From positions 1 to 25,778 of the forward strand of contig JANOJM010000279.1 of NCBI GenBank assembly GCA_031418735.1: DNA of 25,778 nucleotides, in the 5' to 3' direction. Made by a program: the position numbers and the translations under genes. The DNA is from Nitrospiraceae bacterium (GTDB lineage Bacteria; Nitrospirota; Nitrospiria; Nitrospirales; Nitrospiraceae). Of the stretch, positions 25,446-25,778 are shown one piece after another (the first letter of the stretch is position 1; every line of letters starts with the position of its first letter). The notes beneath the pieces were generated by a model. That model saw only the letters and a program-made list of their open reading frames with translations, searched no databases and was not told where the DNA came from.

Positions 25446-25778
25446 ATGACCGTGCCATCCCATCCATGGGCCTCCGTTCTCATCCCTATCAAGGATGAGC
25501 GAGAGAATCTCGCTCCACTGATTGAGGGGCTGCTGGCCGTCATGGGTTCACATGCGACCTCGCAGACTCGACCGTTTGAAATTATCTTTGTGGACGATGG
25601 CAGCGGCGACGGCAGCGGCGAAGAGCTGGACCGCCTGGCGGGGCAACACCCCCAGATTCGGGTATTCCACCTCGACCGAAACTACGGCAAGACCTGTGCG
25701 CTCGACGCGGGCTTTAATCAATCTTCCGGAGACATCATCATTCAAATCGACGGCGACCTTCAGCAGGACAGTGCGGAC
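25446..25778 (+). CDS. Glycosyltransferase family 2, ArnC/GtrB (polyprenol-phosphate) type; truncated by the right edge
   Basis: Manual translation: SVLIPIKDERENL...EIIFVDDGSGDGS...NYGKTCALDAGF...IIQIDGDLQQD. Confidence 0.9.
   Translation, partial: MTVPSHPWASVLIPIKDERENLAPLIEGLLAVMGSHATSQTRPFEIIFVDDGSGDGSGEELDRLAGQHPQIRVFHLDRNYGKTCALDAGFNQSSGDIIIQIDGDLQQDSAD

Overview
The window looks like a Nitrospira-type chromosome segment. This lineage call is an inference from the alginate-export-type porin, the gene set and the repeat families. The left ~3.5 kb is the right end of an AT-richer island that ends at a displaced 3' half of tRNA-Lys(CTT) (attR, 3427-3471). A 164-bp att arm (IHF-like site, arm-type repeats) occurs twice, at 1080-1243 and 3267-3430, with 12 mismatches and no indels. 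Both copies run into the anticodon-loop core, but the first breaks off after CTCT into a truncated, frameshifted gene. The two arms bracket a 2-kb cargo with a Zn-ribbon + 2xSAP + PD-(D/E)xK nuclease gene and a divergent membrane-anchored hypothetical. The rest is backbone: DAACS symporter, YugP-like peptidase, NnrS, a formyltransferase paralog, GIY-YIG, a lysine-catabolism-like operon (LysDH/saccharopine DH, ALDH7, a compact HglS/DUF1338-like enzyme, a coiled-coil protein), a mini ImmA/IrrE peptidase, EVE, YkgJ, thrH, recQ, a porin, two TatA/B subunits, a MidA-like methyltransferase and a GT2 (cut by the edge). Intergenic DNA holds many palindromic elements: a MITE, 7-mer and 9-mer hairpin arrays, REP-like units and an ISAzo13 remnant. 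One heptamer hairpin sits in frame inside a gene. All product calls rest on motif recognition only; no database searches were run.
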